Assembly (NCBI GenBank): GCA_030390025.1
Contig: CM059427.1
Coordinates: forward strand, 188,666,001-188,730,000
DNA: 64,000 nucleotides
Direction: 5' to 3'
DNA from: Squalus acanthias
Lineage: Eukaryota
Positions within the stretch are counted from its first letter, which is position 1. Each line of letters begins with the position of its first letter. This document shows, one piece after another, positions 1 to 11,772 of the stretch. A program made the position numbers and the translations under genes. Below the pieces are notes generated by a model. It worked only from the letters and a program-made list of their open reading frames with translations. It was not told where the DNA came from and made no database searches.

Positions 1-1130
1 TTTCCAGCACAGATTCTGCAGGCTGCAAGTGTTTCCAGCAAAGTCTCCATCCAGTCTCACCTCATTGGAAGAACTCTCTCACCATTGACAGAATGCTTCT
101 GTTATCTGTACTTCACCTGCCATCTATTCCTTCAGCATGGGAGCCATTGATACTGTCTCAACTTGGTCCTCAGAATTGGAACACGATGAGCCCCAACACC
201 AGCAGCACCAACAACAACACCAACCTTCTCCGCAATCACCTGATGCTGCACAGGACAGCGGGCATCAGCAGCCAAGTGCATTGCTGTCCGGGAGGCCAGG
301 GATGGCCTCATCATGGCCAGATTTAGTTAACTTTACGCTGTATACCTATATGGCTGCCACATGAAGCGCCAGGTTGTCACCACCCCACACCAGCACCACA
401 AAGCATCCCTAACAATCCCCAAGCCATTCCTTTCACACTCATCACCATTGCGGGAGGTACCGTTATGTCTCACCATTCACTACAACTCACTAAGCCACTT
501 CCAAAGGTGCACACAAATCTGTTGAAGACTGGAAAGTGTTGAAAATAAAAAAAATTATGTTTGACATCACACTAACAGAAACTTCACATAGACATTGGAA
601 AAAACACCCAAGTGGTTCCCCTTGTGTGTTGTTAGTTGCACTAGGATGAGGGTGAGTGTGAGGGGTGGCTAGTGAGATGGGGATGTGATAATGAGAGAGA
701 GGGATGGGTGGAGGTGCAAGGTATGTTGGTGTGAGTTTAGATATGCAGGATTAGGGTAGGGAAAGCAGAGTAATGGGGATGTGATGAGAGGCACAGCAGG
801 ATGAAGTTGAGTGTGGCTTTGTTCTCACCTTTCCTGATCTAATGAGATCATTGAAATGTTAGCGGCACTGCACCCAGGTCCTGCTGACAACATCCCTGCT
901 TGTGACCTCCTCTGCAATCGGCAAACAGGCTGTTTTGGTCTGCTGTGGAGGTCTCTTCCACATCGGAAAAGAAGAGGACGTCCCTATGTGCTGTTATTCC
1001 CTCCATAAGCACATGGAGGGAGTGATCGGAGAACCTGGGTGCAGCCCTGTAACTTTATGCAGTCATTGTCAGTGTTTGCAGCACTCCAATTTTAATTTTT
1101 ATAAACTTCTGTTGTATTTTGTGAATTGAA
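1..1130. mobile_element. Non-autonomous PIF/Harbinger element (partial; 5' end outside window)
   Basis: 137-330 joins the transposase N-terminus (MGAIDTVS..QHQQHQQQ) directly to its C-terminal tail (IAVREARDGLIMARFS*), both homologous to 3144-4268. A Myb/SANT exon remnant lies on the minus strand at about 815-1050. Confidence 0.75.
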
Positions 1131-1595
1131 GTCACCCAAGCTGTGCAATTTTTAAACAAATGTGAGAAGTTGCACAACACCAGGTTATAGTCCAACAGTT
1201 TTAAATCTTTCGGAGCGCTGCTCCTTCGTCTGGTGAAGTGAAGAGATGTATATCGGCACAGCATATATAGTCAGAGAACACTGCCAGATGGTTACTAACT
1301 GCCCTTTATCACACCTCGGCAGAGAGATAATCACGGCAATCAAAGGTGTGGCTGGTGTCCAAACAGGTCAGTCAGGAAAACATTACATCAAAGACAATGA
1401 GGTGGGGTCACAAGGGTTCAAATGTGGCTATCGACACCACAATTTTTAAACAGTTCATAGCTTTGATAAATTAGGATATGATGATCCAAACACAAAGTAT
1501 TTTTGTATAATTGTGGTTGGTAATTATTCTGGCTTTTCTCTCTACCTCAGCAATTGTAAAATTCTAACACGTTGTTGTCTGTCTCTCTATTGCAG

Positions 1596-1937
1596 ATTTA
1601 TATCGGAAGAGTTACACACTTTATCGGTCAGGCACAGATCACAGTGAACTCGACCTGATTTGCTATTATGCTTATGCTACTTACAACACTGCTGCATGGA
1701 CCTGGAGGTCACATCATCTTCAAAATCAGAAGAAAGCAATAGCATCTGCTTCAATATCTCAGCTCATCAATGGAGACAGGACCTACTTTGGGAGTCGACT
1801 GGTGCCCACAGAGACAAAGTTTAATGGCAAGAACTTCAGTGTGAGGATTGTCCCTGTGCTGTTTGAAGATGCAGGAGTTTACACATGTTCTCTGGAATCA
1901 TATAAATTTGTGACCATTAAACTAATCACAGTTAAAG
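1596..1937 (+). CDS. Receptor gene 1, exon A1: V-set Ig domain (CD4/LAG-3-like multi-Ig receptor)
   Basis: ttgcag acceptor, AAAG|gtagga donor, 342 nt, phase 1-1, open. B-strand LIC, C-strand WTW, FSVRI..FEDAGVYTC F-strand motif. Paralogous to 11393-11731. Confidence 0.92.
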
Positions 1938-2015
1938 GTAGGAGACAGAATGTTGTCGTTGTTTTCAGTGATAAAGTTATTGTTTAAAATCTAAATGATT
2001 TTCTTGTTTCCACAG

Positions 2016-2285
2016 TCACAGCTGAACCATCTGATGCAGTGAATGAGGGAGACACCGTTACCCTGACCTGCTCTGTCTCTGATGTCACTGAATCAATGAG
2101 ACTTGTTTGGATCAGTAGTGATGGCAAAACTGTTGAAGAGAAAACATGGAATGGACAGAATGGGGAAGAGAAATCATTGAGACTGATTATTCCGAAAGCT
2201 GACAGAGGCAGAGGGAACTGGAAATGTGCTTTGTTTTATCAAAATAGGCCCCGGGTTTTAGTCCCGTACTATCTGGAGCCCAGTG
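2016..2285 (+). CDS. Receptor gene 1, exon B1: C2-type Ig domain with WxC F strand
   Basis: ccacag acceptor, G|gtaagt donor, 270 nt, phase 1-1. VTAEPSDAVNEGDTVTLTC..LVW..GNWKC. Follows a 78-bp intron. Confidence 0.92.
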
Positions 2286-3143
2286 GTAAGTGACTCAGGG
2301 TTTGCTCTTTATATTTATATTCTCGATAGAAAATTCTGGTCACTTATTGTTCTTGTTGCCAGAAGTAGCCCCTCCTTTATATCCTGTGTGTGAGGCTCTA
2401 CAGTGGGGCAGAGTCTCAGAAAATCTACCCTGAGATAAATACTGTGTTTACAAGGGCAGGTCAGATGCTGGGGATTCTGCAAATGTCTCCCTCATCTACT
2501 CCTCGATTGCTAAGCAGTGTGTAAGATGGGGGAGAGGAGGGAGCAGAGGAGGCAGAGGCTGCCTTGATTTTGGACAAAACAGTCCATGAACTCTTTGGCT
2601 GGAAACTTTGTGGCGTCCGTGCGGCGGGATTGGAGGCGGGTCGGGAATGAAAGTTGAAATAACTTGGAGCTGGTCGGGAACCCGCCGTCATCCTGCCTCT
2701 ACGCACCTTTCCCTCTGCCACGTTTGCCAGCGCGGCAGCGACCCTAACGACAGAGGCAGCCGAGCTAATTTAGATGATTATTAGTACTTGTCAGACCCTT
2801 AATTGTCTTTTTAACCCTACCTTTCAAATTTCCCTGGATGACCACGGGAATCACACAGCTCAGGAACCACCTCTGTGAACCTGAGCCGGAAGTTCAGTGG
2901 CCATTGATCCCGTTCAGTAGTGCACAGCATGGAAAGCACAATAAATACTCCCACCTGACACCTGCTTACTTTGCTAAGGCAGGTGCTGTTGCTGACTGCA
3001 TTGTCAGCACAGATTTAGCTTTCTAGAGGTTGCAAGTGTTTTCAGCAAAGTCGGGATCCACTGTCACCTCATTGGTAGAACCTATCACACCATTGACAGA
3101 TTGCTTCTGTCATCTCTACTGACCTGCCATCTATTACATCAGC

Positions 3144-4268
3144 ATGGGTGCCGTTTATACTGTCTCACCTTGTCCTCAGAATAGGACCACGATGAGCCCC
3201 AACACCAGCAGCACCAACAATCACACCAGCAGCACCAACAATCACACCAGCAACCTTCCCCTCACCAACCTGATGCTGCACAGGACAGAGGACATCAGAG
3301 CTGCAATACGCCGGAGACGATACCCACAAAACAGGGTATACAGGCTGAGGATCAGCTTCCTCAACATGACTGAGCAGCAGTGCCAAAGGATCCTCAAGCT
3401 AACACAGCAGGTCATCGCAGACATTTGCAGATTGCTGGAGCAAAACCTGCAGCCCAGAGGAGCGGGTGGACATGCCTTACCAGTGACTGTCAAAGTCACC
3501 AGCGTCCTCAACTTCTTCGCCTCAGGCTCCTTCCAGGGATCTGCAGCAGACATTTGCGGCATCTCACAGTTGGCCGCCCACAGATGCATCACACAGAGCA
3601 CCGTTGCCCTTTTTGACAAGTCAGTCAATTATATCAACTTTGCCACTGATGAAGCCAGTGTTACTGAACGGGCGCTTGGCTTTGGCACTCTGGCTGGCTT
3701 CCCACTGGTGCAGGGCGTCATCAACTGCACACTTGTGGCCATTTGGTCACCCCATCATCACCCAGGATTCTTTGTCAACCGCAAGGGCTTCCACTCCCTC
3801 AATGTGCAGCTCGTCTCCAATCATAGGAAGATCATCATGCACGTGTGCGCCAAATTCCCTGGCAGCTGCCTTGATTTTTCGTCCTGCACCAGTCCACCCT
3901 CCCTCAGCTCTTCGCTGCTCCAAACAGACTTTCCGGCTGGCTGCTTGGAGACAAGCCGTGGCTCATGACACCCTTGAGGAGGCCAAGTACTGAGGCCGAG
4001 GAGAGATATAGCCAGGCTCTCCAGAATCGTCATGCTCTCCTGTGCCCTGCACAACACAGCGCAGCAGCGAGGATCAGCCCTGTATGAGGAGAAAGACACT
4101 GAGTGCACGGCCTCTTCAGAGGAGGAGGAGGAGGAGGAGGAGGAGCATCAGCTTGAAGACCAGGAGGAGCAGGAGCAGGAGGAACCTGCGGTCCAGATCC
4201 CACCATCACCCGAGTACATTGCTGCCCAGAAGGCCAGTTATGGTCTCATCATGGTCAGATTTAATTAA
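3144..4268 (+). pseudogene. Harbinger (HARBI1-like DDE) transposase, frameshifted
   Basis: Motifs [51 protein letters not shown] and an acidic C-terminus. Frameshifts and a deletion near 3880-4030. Confidence 0.9.
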
Positions 4269-4558
4269 CTTCAGGCATTACATCCTGGCTGCCATATGCT
4301 GCGCCAGGCTCCCAACACCCCACACCAACACCATAAAGCATCCCTACAATGAACAAAAATTCCTTTCACACTGACCGCCATTGCTGGAGGTAACGTTATG
4401 ACTCACTATTCACTCCAACTCGCTGAACCACTTCCAAATTTGCAGACAGAATTCGCCATGACCGGAAAGTGGTGAAAATAATCATTTTTTTCTGTGACAT
4501 CAGATTAACGGAAACTTCACACAGTTATTAAAACACACAAGTGCTTACCCTTGTGCAT

Positions 4559-5116
4559 CTACTTGTGTGTCATCTTTCTCTTACATGTGCTTCTACGAGG
4601 TGCTACCCCTATGGCTTCAACAGAGGTAGAGGCAGCCTGCTTACTTCCCTGCTGCGACTGCATAGACACTTTTGGCGGACGTCCTCTAGGTCTAGGGGCC
4701 TGTGATGGCCCCGCTAATGCCTGCTCCTCCTGTGACAGTGCACGGGCAGATTCGACCATCGCGATCCCAGGAGGCATGTGGGGCTCTGTCTGAGGGGGAG
4801 GCAACAGGGGAGAAGTGTGAGCGCTTTCAGAGGAGCTCCTATTTTTATGTCCCTTCTCACCATCATCCCTCTCATGGGACACCCGCACATCCCTGCTAGC
4901 AAGGAGGTGGACAGCACCTTGCTGCACAGCAGTGGGTCCATGAGGACCCAAGTCTACATTTACATCCCTCCTAGAGAGGACGTCGATGAGCATCTGCCAT
5001 CTATTCCTCATAGATAGCCATCTATTCTCCATAGATTCCATGTGCTCATGTGAGTGGTGCATTAGCAGCTCCATGCAGGTGGCTATCCTTTCCATGGAAA
5101 AGCATACAGTTGCCAT
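4559..5116 (-). pseudogene. Harbinger Myb/SANT partner protein, last-exon fragment
   Basis: Ends PRPRGRPPKVS...APRRSTCKRKMTHK*, homologous to 26307-26951 and 33035-33586. Confidence 0.8.
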
Positions 5117-5674
5117 CGCCAGGTTCAGGGTTCAACTTGTTGTTGAGAACACTCAGCTCTCCCTCTCCACCATTTCCCATAACCCCCACGACTACCTTTG
5201 GTCTTCAGCCTTCAGCCACAGTCTGAAATTACCACTAAATATCTCCACCTCTCCATTTCTCCGTGCCCCTTAAAAACATTCTCCAAACCCTTTTCTTTCA
5301 ATGTTCAGTCATATCTCCTAACTTTCACATCATTGCTTGTTGTCTTTTGATCCTTTTACCTATTTCCCCCTCTGTGTAAACAGTCTTAGAAGGTGTTCTT
5401 CATCAAAAGTGCAATAGAAATATAAGTTTTTGGTAAACTTTTGAGGGCTAAGAAACTATCTGAGAAACAATGATCCATCATTATAAGTGTATCTATAAGA
5501 AAGTGACGTTCTTCTTTACAGCTCTTTAATGGGTGTGTATGTGCTGTCTCACTTCTGAAATGAACTATAACTAACAACATACTGAAAACAAATTGTCGAC
5601 AGTATCAATAATTACACAGATCGGATTGAGAAGTTGCTATCTGATTTTAAAATGTCGGTTCTCCTTTCTTGCAG

Positions 5675-6019
5675 GAAGCCAGAATTATATTTATTTTTTC
5701 CATCAGGAAGGCAGCTTTGTATTGAAAGGACCAGACATTCCTGGAAATTGTTCCATTGTCTGGGAATGGAGACCACACTCAGGGCAACAAACTACAAAGC
5801 AATTGGGAACTTTTAACAGAGAAGATCAGCGGTGGGCCGTGCAATGGAGCGAGGAGTACAATAATATACCAGGCATTTCTCAGAGGATACGTGAGGACTG
5901 GGGGACCCTTAATCTGAGAATCAGAAACCCCACCTTTGAACTTGCGGGATTGTTCACCTGGAGTCAGACACAGCCCAGTAAGAAAATCCTGAAACAGTAT
6001 GAAATATTTGGGATCAAAG
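5675..6019 (+). CDS. Receptor gene 1, exon C1: cysteine-less V-type Ig domain
   Basis: ttgcag acceptor, AAAG|gtaagt donor, 345 nt, phase 1-1. VLKG at the B strand, VWEW C strand, LNLRIRNPTFELAGLFTW E-F strands. Paralogous to 52382-52723. Confidence 0.9.
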
Positions 6020-6279
6020 GTAAGTAGCACAACAAATGGAAAGGATTCAATCATATAATTTTTTTGTGAGTAATTCCACAAATATTCCGAACAGAATGTT
6101 GGGATGATGTCCTGATCCTCCAGTTCTATCACCCAGCCCAGAATGAATCTCTCATTAAAAGCAGCCAGGTGGGTAAAATTCCTCTGTGCATTAGAATTAG
6201 TGGATGCACGAAGGGCTAGTAATTTTGATAGTTAGCACTAGCATGTTGTTGTAATTTTTGTCCATCCTCCTAAAATTCC

Positions 6280-6830
6280 TGAGACAATGACCTTGGAGGA
6301 GGATGGAGCGGGTGGCGATGGTGTGGAATTCGTGGCGAGGGCCGAAGACGATGGCTTCAGTCTTCCAAATATTTAACTCGAGGAAATTGCGGCTCATCCA
6401 AGACTGGATGTTAGACAAGTGATCTGACAGCACAGAGGTAGTGGAGGGATTGAGAGTGGTGGTGGAGAGGTAGAGCTCGGTGTCGTGAATATACGTGTGG
6501 AGCTGACCCAATGTCTTTGGATGAGGTTTAGCTGGAAGTTGGTGATCTTTGTGATGGAGACGACGTGGGGTCAGAAGCTTAGCCGAGGGCTAAAGAGTCT
6601 GCTTCAATCTGAGACAATGGCCAGGGAGAGAGATGTAGCTGCTTGTGATGTTTGGAGATCATGGTGAGGGCTGAAGAAGATGGCTTCGGTCTTCATATAT
6701 TTAACTGGAGGAAATTACAGCTCATCCAAGACTAGATGTTAGGCAAGTGATCTGACAGCACAGAGGCAGTGGAGGGATAGAGAGAAGTGGTGGAAAGGTC
6801 GAGCTGCATTTCATCAACACAGATGTGCAA
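6280..6830 (-). mobile_element. L2-like LINE RT fragment, locally duplicated
   Basis: LSNIQSWMSRNFLELNIWKTEAIVFGP is an L2-type RT motif. Segment about 6335-6480 recurs at about 6670-6805. Confidence 0.7.
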
Positions 6831-6864
6831 GCTGAGCAAATATCTTCAGATGATGATTTACGAG

Positions 6865-7304
6865 AATGTTACCAGGGGGATGAGGGTCTTCTGTTATGTG
6901 GAGAGACTGGAGAAGCTGGGGCAGAGAAGGTAAAGAGGAGATTTGATGGAGCGGTTCAAAATCATGAATGGTTTTGATAGAGTAAATAATGAGAAACTGA
7001 TTCCAGTGGCAAAAGGGTCGGTAACCAGGGAAGACAGATTTAAGGTGATTGGTGACCAGATGCAGCATGAGGAAACATTCTTTTACACAGCGAGTTGTTG
7101 TGATCCCGAATTCACTGCCTGAAAGGGTGGTGGAAGCAGATTCAAGAGTAACTTTCAAAAGAGAATTGGATAAATACTTGAAGGGAAAATATTTACAGGA
7201 TATGGGGAAAGAGCAGGGGAGTGGAACTAATTGGATAGCTCTAGCAAAGAGCCGGAACAGACACGATGCACCGAATAGCCTCCTTCTGTGCTGTATCATT
7301 CTAT
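6865..7304 (+). mobile_element. CR1 (HER1-like) LINE 3' end
   Basis: RKHSFTQRVV..NSLPERVVEADS..FKRELDKYL followed by the CR1 3' UTR and ATTCTAT tail. Confidence 0.85.
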
Positions 7305-7900
7305 GGGCCTGAAATTTGGCCCCTTAGCGCCGGCTGTTTAGGCCGGTTTTGTGGAAAAAATGTCACCCGCCTCACTTCTGCCTATTGGTGAAGCAGGCCT
7401 TAGGCTATTAACATATTCAAATAAGGGGCCTAACGCCTGCTTCTGCTCCCTCTTGCAAATTTGTCTTGCATCTGTGACAGTCAGTGCCAGCAATGTTTAC
7501 TCCCGGGAAAACAAACATTAATCAGGGCCGAATGAAAAAAAGCTAAGTACTTACCATTGGCATCTCCGACCTCACCCCCGACTCCAGCCTCCAGGCCCTC
7601 TCTGATTTCCCCCAATGAGGCCCCGACCTCCAGGTCCCCCCGATGGCCCCGACCTCCCCCCGATGTTGTCCCCGTGTCCCGATCACCCTCCGCCGATCCT
7701 GGCCCCGTGTCCCGACCTACCTCAGAGTCCTTGCTGGGTGTTCAGACACTCAGCGCGTTCAGTGCTGGGCTGAGCGCCACAATAATGATAATCAGCCGGC
7801 GGAAACAAGTCCCGGTGCTGCCTGCGATCTTTTTACGGGTGCGAGCAAACCTCGCCCCGCGGAGCCACTCCCGTTTACGGCATTATCGGATTTCTAGGCC
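7305..7900. mobile_element. Harbinger-type MITE inserted in CR1 tail
   Basis: Termini GGGCCTGAAATTT ... GATTTCTAGGCC. Preceded by TAT; the CR1 tail (GATTCTATG) resumes afterwards. Confidence 0.65.
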
Positions 7901-8120
7901 AAAGATTCTATGTTGTCAAGGAGCAGCATGTAGATGAGGAAGATGAGGGAGCCAAGGGGGACAAGTGGACATTATCTGGGAAATGTTCATAGTCAGCACT
8001 AAACACGGCTGGTCAGCATTTCTCTGAATGTGTCTGTTTGTAGAAAAAGAAAATTCTGAATGCAATAGTTCAGAGAGTTTATGGAAAGCTATACTACACG
8101 TCATTGATCTGTTTTTACAG

Positions 8121-8393
8121 TTGAGACAGATTCCCAGAGGCCTGTAATGGGCAGTGATATCACCCTCAGTTGTACCGTCTCCAGACTCTCAGATACAGTC
8201 AGTCTTCACTGGAAACCAAGAGACTCATCTCAGCAGAACAGGAGGAACAACACTGATGAGATCCATCTGAATAACACGGTCTATCTGATAGTCAGACACG
8301 TTGGAGCAGAAAATCAGGATTTGTACACATGGGAAGTGCAGGAAAATGACTCCATTGTTCTCACTGGAAACACAAATGTTGATGTGGATCAGA
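8121..8393 (+). CDS. Receptor gene 1, exon D1: C2-type Ig domain (F-strand Cys replaced by Trp)
   Basis: ttacag acceptor, A|gtaagt donor, 273 nt, phase 1-1. GSDITLSCTVS..LHW..DLYTWEVQE. Paralogous to 60349-60618. Confidence 0.9.
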
Positions 8394-8872
8394 GTAAGTC
8401 CAGAGCTAGCTTGCAGTAGGTGTTAAATAATTACTGATATAAAACTGTTACACACAAAGTACAGCGAGCACAGGCACCACTGTGGGCTTTTACTGCAGAA
8501 TGTGGTCCTTGTTTTTGCCCTGGAACATGGGTGTAAATATAAAATGTTGACATTAAGAGCTGATGTAACCAACCAGGTAAACTCATTGGATTCATTTTGA
8601 TTCACTTGTATGAACCAAAAAGAATAAAATCCATCAATCTATAAAAAGCAATTGCCGTTCCAGTCTATAGGCTCCCCCTTGAGATCTGAACTAGATATTC
8701 GTGTCTATCGCAAGTGTCCTTTCTTAGTCTCTTTGAAGGCGGACTGTAAAAAGCCTTTGGTGAGACAAGGCCAGAAATGAATTGTTAAACTGCTTTAACT
8801 CACAGCGAGTGATAAATAATGTACACGATACACTTTGCCACACCAGTGGGTCAACGATTGATTTAAACAATT

Positions 8873-10882
8873 GGGCGAGAAAGTTGTCGGTGTCACCGTA
8901 ACTGGAGTTAAGAGCCGCTGAAAATGGCCGCAGAGCTAATGAGAATAAATTCATCTGGGGGCTGGAGATTGGTGGCGCAGCACTAACCTTCCGTGCAGCG
9001 CCCCCTGGTTGCGTTAGTGGAGACCTCCAAGGTGAAGTTCCCGTCCTGAAGTGGCGTTCGAGCTTCGCACCGCCTCTGGGAGCGAGGAATTGTGGGCCAT
9101 TAAAAGGGCTATGAATTAAAGGGACCATGCACTCAGAACTAATACAAATTAAAATGCAGTGAAAAAATGCAGTTTTCAGCCAATACTGACTGTCAACAAA
9201 AAAAATATAACATTAAAAGGAAGTCCCAAATGTGATTGTTCAGTTCTTAAAGCTGAATTCCCTTCTGAACATCATAAAATAGGAAATCTGCTTCAGCACT
9301 AACACAAATGGCTCAGCAAACCAGGGAAGGGGCACCCAGTGTCTCGCATGCAGCACTCCAGCTTTGTGAAAGGGGTTAACACTGCAAGACAGCTCCTCCA
9401 CCCACAGCGTCCAGGAGACCCTCCAGAAAGAAGGATGAGGAACTGCATCACCGAGGCAACACTGCCAGCAGTGTCGCCCCCACCACCTGGCTCCAGTGCC
9501 GAAGGAAGCTTCATGACCTCAGACCACTGGTCAAGGTCAGTAAATGTATCTTCAAAAGCCCTCTCCTCCCAACTGCAGCACCAGCCTCACACACTGCTCA
9601 ATGCACGACTCCCCTCTCAATCACTCACCTACCAACAATCTGCACCAATCACGAGGCACATCTCCCATTCCAAGCCTCACCTCACCCCCTTGGAGGAGAC
9701 GGTGCAGGCCATTCTTGGCAGAGGCATGGCTGAGCCCTTGGCCAGCGGCGGGGCTGAAAGGATACAAGATGCTGGTATCCTCAAATGTTATCCTCCATCT
9801 GGCATGCACCTCATGCTTTCCTGCCCTCCCATCACCACAACTCCACAATTGTCCCTTCCTCATTTCACACACCCGAGAAATGCAGCCTGCCCAGCCAGTG
9901 GTTGGCCAAGAAGAGGGAAGGAGGGAGGAGGAGGAAGAGTAGCAGGAGGAGGAGATGATGATGATGATGATGATTTGACAACCCAGCCACCTGCCCCTTA
10001 AGGCTGACAAGCAAGTCCATTTGCAGTGTCCCCCACTGAAAGTCAGCAGCTTTCCACCAGCCATGCTGCAGCCACTGGGTGGCACTGCATGACATCAGTA
10101 GGATAGGCAAAGGCATGCATAAGGGTGAGGAGTTGATGTCAAGAGGGCGTTGTGATGGTCAGTAACAGATGGAAGGAAAGGTGTGGAAACGAGAATTGGG
10201 ATTGTGGTCACTGGTACCGCAGGCGGATGATTCCATCCCGAATATCCCAGCCAGAACGGGACTGTCTGTGTTGTATCCTTCCTTCAGATGCTGCAAATCT
10301 GAAATGAAAGCATAAAATGCAGGAAATACTCAGCTGGTCAGGCAGCATCTCGACCTGAGATGTGAACTCTGTTTCTCTCTCCACGATGTTGCCTGACCTG
10401 CTGAGCATTTGCAGCATTTCCTGTCTTTTCAGAGGCCTTCCTTTACCATCCGAGGGCTTGTAAGCATCCAGCAGCAATCCCTACATCTTAACAAGATTTT
10501 AACATCTACTGCAGCAAGCCACTTCAATAAAATAAAAAAAAACAGTCCAAAAGCTTAAATCCAAATTTACCTGATTGATGTGTGTGTCCCTTTAAGAGGT
10601 GCTGACATTGCCACTGTCAGCCTGCTTGCAAGCCAGGTTTCCCTGGTGTGCTTAGGACCCAGCACTGAATTCAGAGCTAGGGTCGAAATTCAGAGTGATG
10701 ATGTTCAGTCGCCGTTGCATTCTTTTCTCCAGAGCGCTGCCAGTTACCGACAACGCAAAGCAAACATCGAAAATCGAGGAATCTGCAGGACCCGCTACCA
10801 GCTGGTGAAAGAGCGGTGGCCGCCGCTCTTTCGCCATTTTTTGCCGGTAACGGGTGGCGTAAAACCACCAAATTTTTCGCCC
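8873..10882. mobile_element. Non-autonomous Harbinger element with decayed Myb-gene remnants
   Basis: TIRs GGGCGAGAAAGTTG / CAAATTTTTCGCCC and 3-bp TSD ATT (8870-72, 10883-85). Internal 9300-9960 resembles the Myb-partner exons of 37560-39200. Confidence 0.8.
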
Positions 10883-11392
10883 ATTAACTCCTAACTACCC
10901 TCCTACATGCTAAACTTCTGAGCCTGGCCCAGGCTTGCCCTTGCAACTTTCTGTATCAAGCCAGACTGACGATGCACCCTTTGATGGACCTGCCTGTTTG
11001 CTTCTGTCTCTCTCTTTGTTTTATCTCCTTCTGTTAACAACCTGAGGGGACCAGATGTGCCCATACCCAATGGGTATGAGGCGTTTATTGATAATTGATT
11101 GCTGAGACAGTTTAACAAATTGATTGTTATCTACAGTCCATGGGGAAACATCACTTTGACGGGGGCCATGTTTGGGGCAGATGGACTTTGTCGCACAACC
11201 CGGCGTTTAAACAATAGGCAGCCTGGGCCGGCAGCCAGTGTATCCGGGTCCCAGCCGATTTCCCTGTCCCAATGCTGCACTCCCAGCTGGCTTATGCCAG
11301 GAGGGCGCTGAATGGCCCTGTGGGAATTCAGAACATCTGTATCTCAGCAGCTATATAAATCTAACACCTTGTTTCCTGTCTCTCTATTTCAG

Positions 11393-11731
11393 ATTTACAC
11401 AATAAGTGTTACACACTTTATCGGTCAGGCACAGATCACAGTGAACTCTCCCTGATTTGTGAAGCTGAATCTGAGTTCATTAAAACTAACTGGACTTGGA
11501 GGTCACGTCATTTTCAGAATCAAGAGAAAGAAATAGCTTCTACTTTCAGATCTAAGCCTATCGAAGTAAACAGGACCTACTTTGGGGGTCGACTGGTGCC
11601 CACAGTGGGAAATCTTAATGGCAAGAACTTCAGTGTGAGGATTGTCCCCGTACTGTTTGAAGATGCAGGAGTTTACACTTGTTCTCTGGGGTTATTGAAT
11701 TATGTGACCATTAAACTAATCACAGTTAAAG
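11393..11731 (+). CDS. Receptor gene 1, exon A2: V-set Ig domain
   Basis: tttcag acceptor, AAAG|gtagga donor, 339 nt, phase 1-1, open. LIC..WTW..FEDAGVYTC, with framework near-identical to A1. Confidence 0.92.
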
Positions 11732-11772
11732 GTAGGAGTCAGAATGTTGCAGGTGTTTTCAGTGATAAAGTT

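Larger units (their letters stand above)
2597..5120. mobile_element. PIF/Harbinger element, one end truncated
   Basis: GGCTGGAAA terminus near 2597, a frameshifted transposase on + and the convergent 3' part of the Myb-partner ORF on -. Confidence 0.85.

Noticed and set aside
1596-1990. Rearranging Ig/TCR/NAR V segment (CACAGTG present inside A exons)
   Set aside because: The heptamer is within coding sequence with no properly spaced nonamer. The exon already includes the G strand and ends at a splice donor.
3144-4268. Domesticated HARBI1 / NAIF1-MSANTD host genes
   Set aside because: Multiple frameshifted copies with TIRs and TSDs show these are transposon copies.
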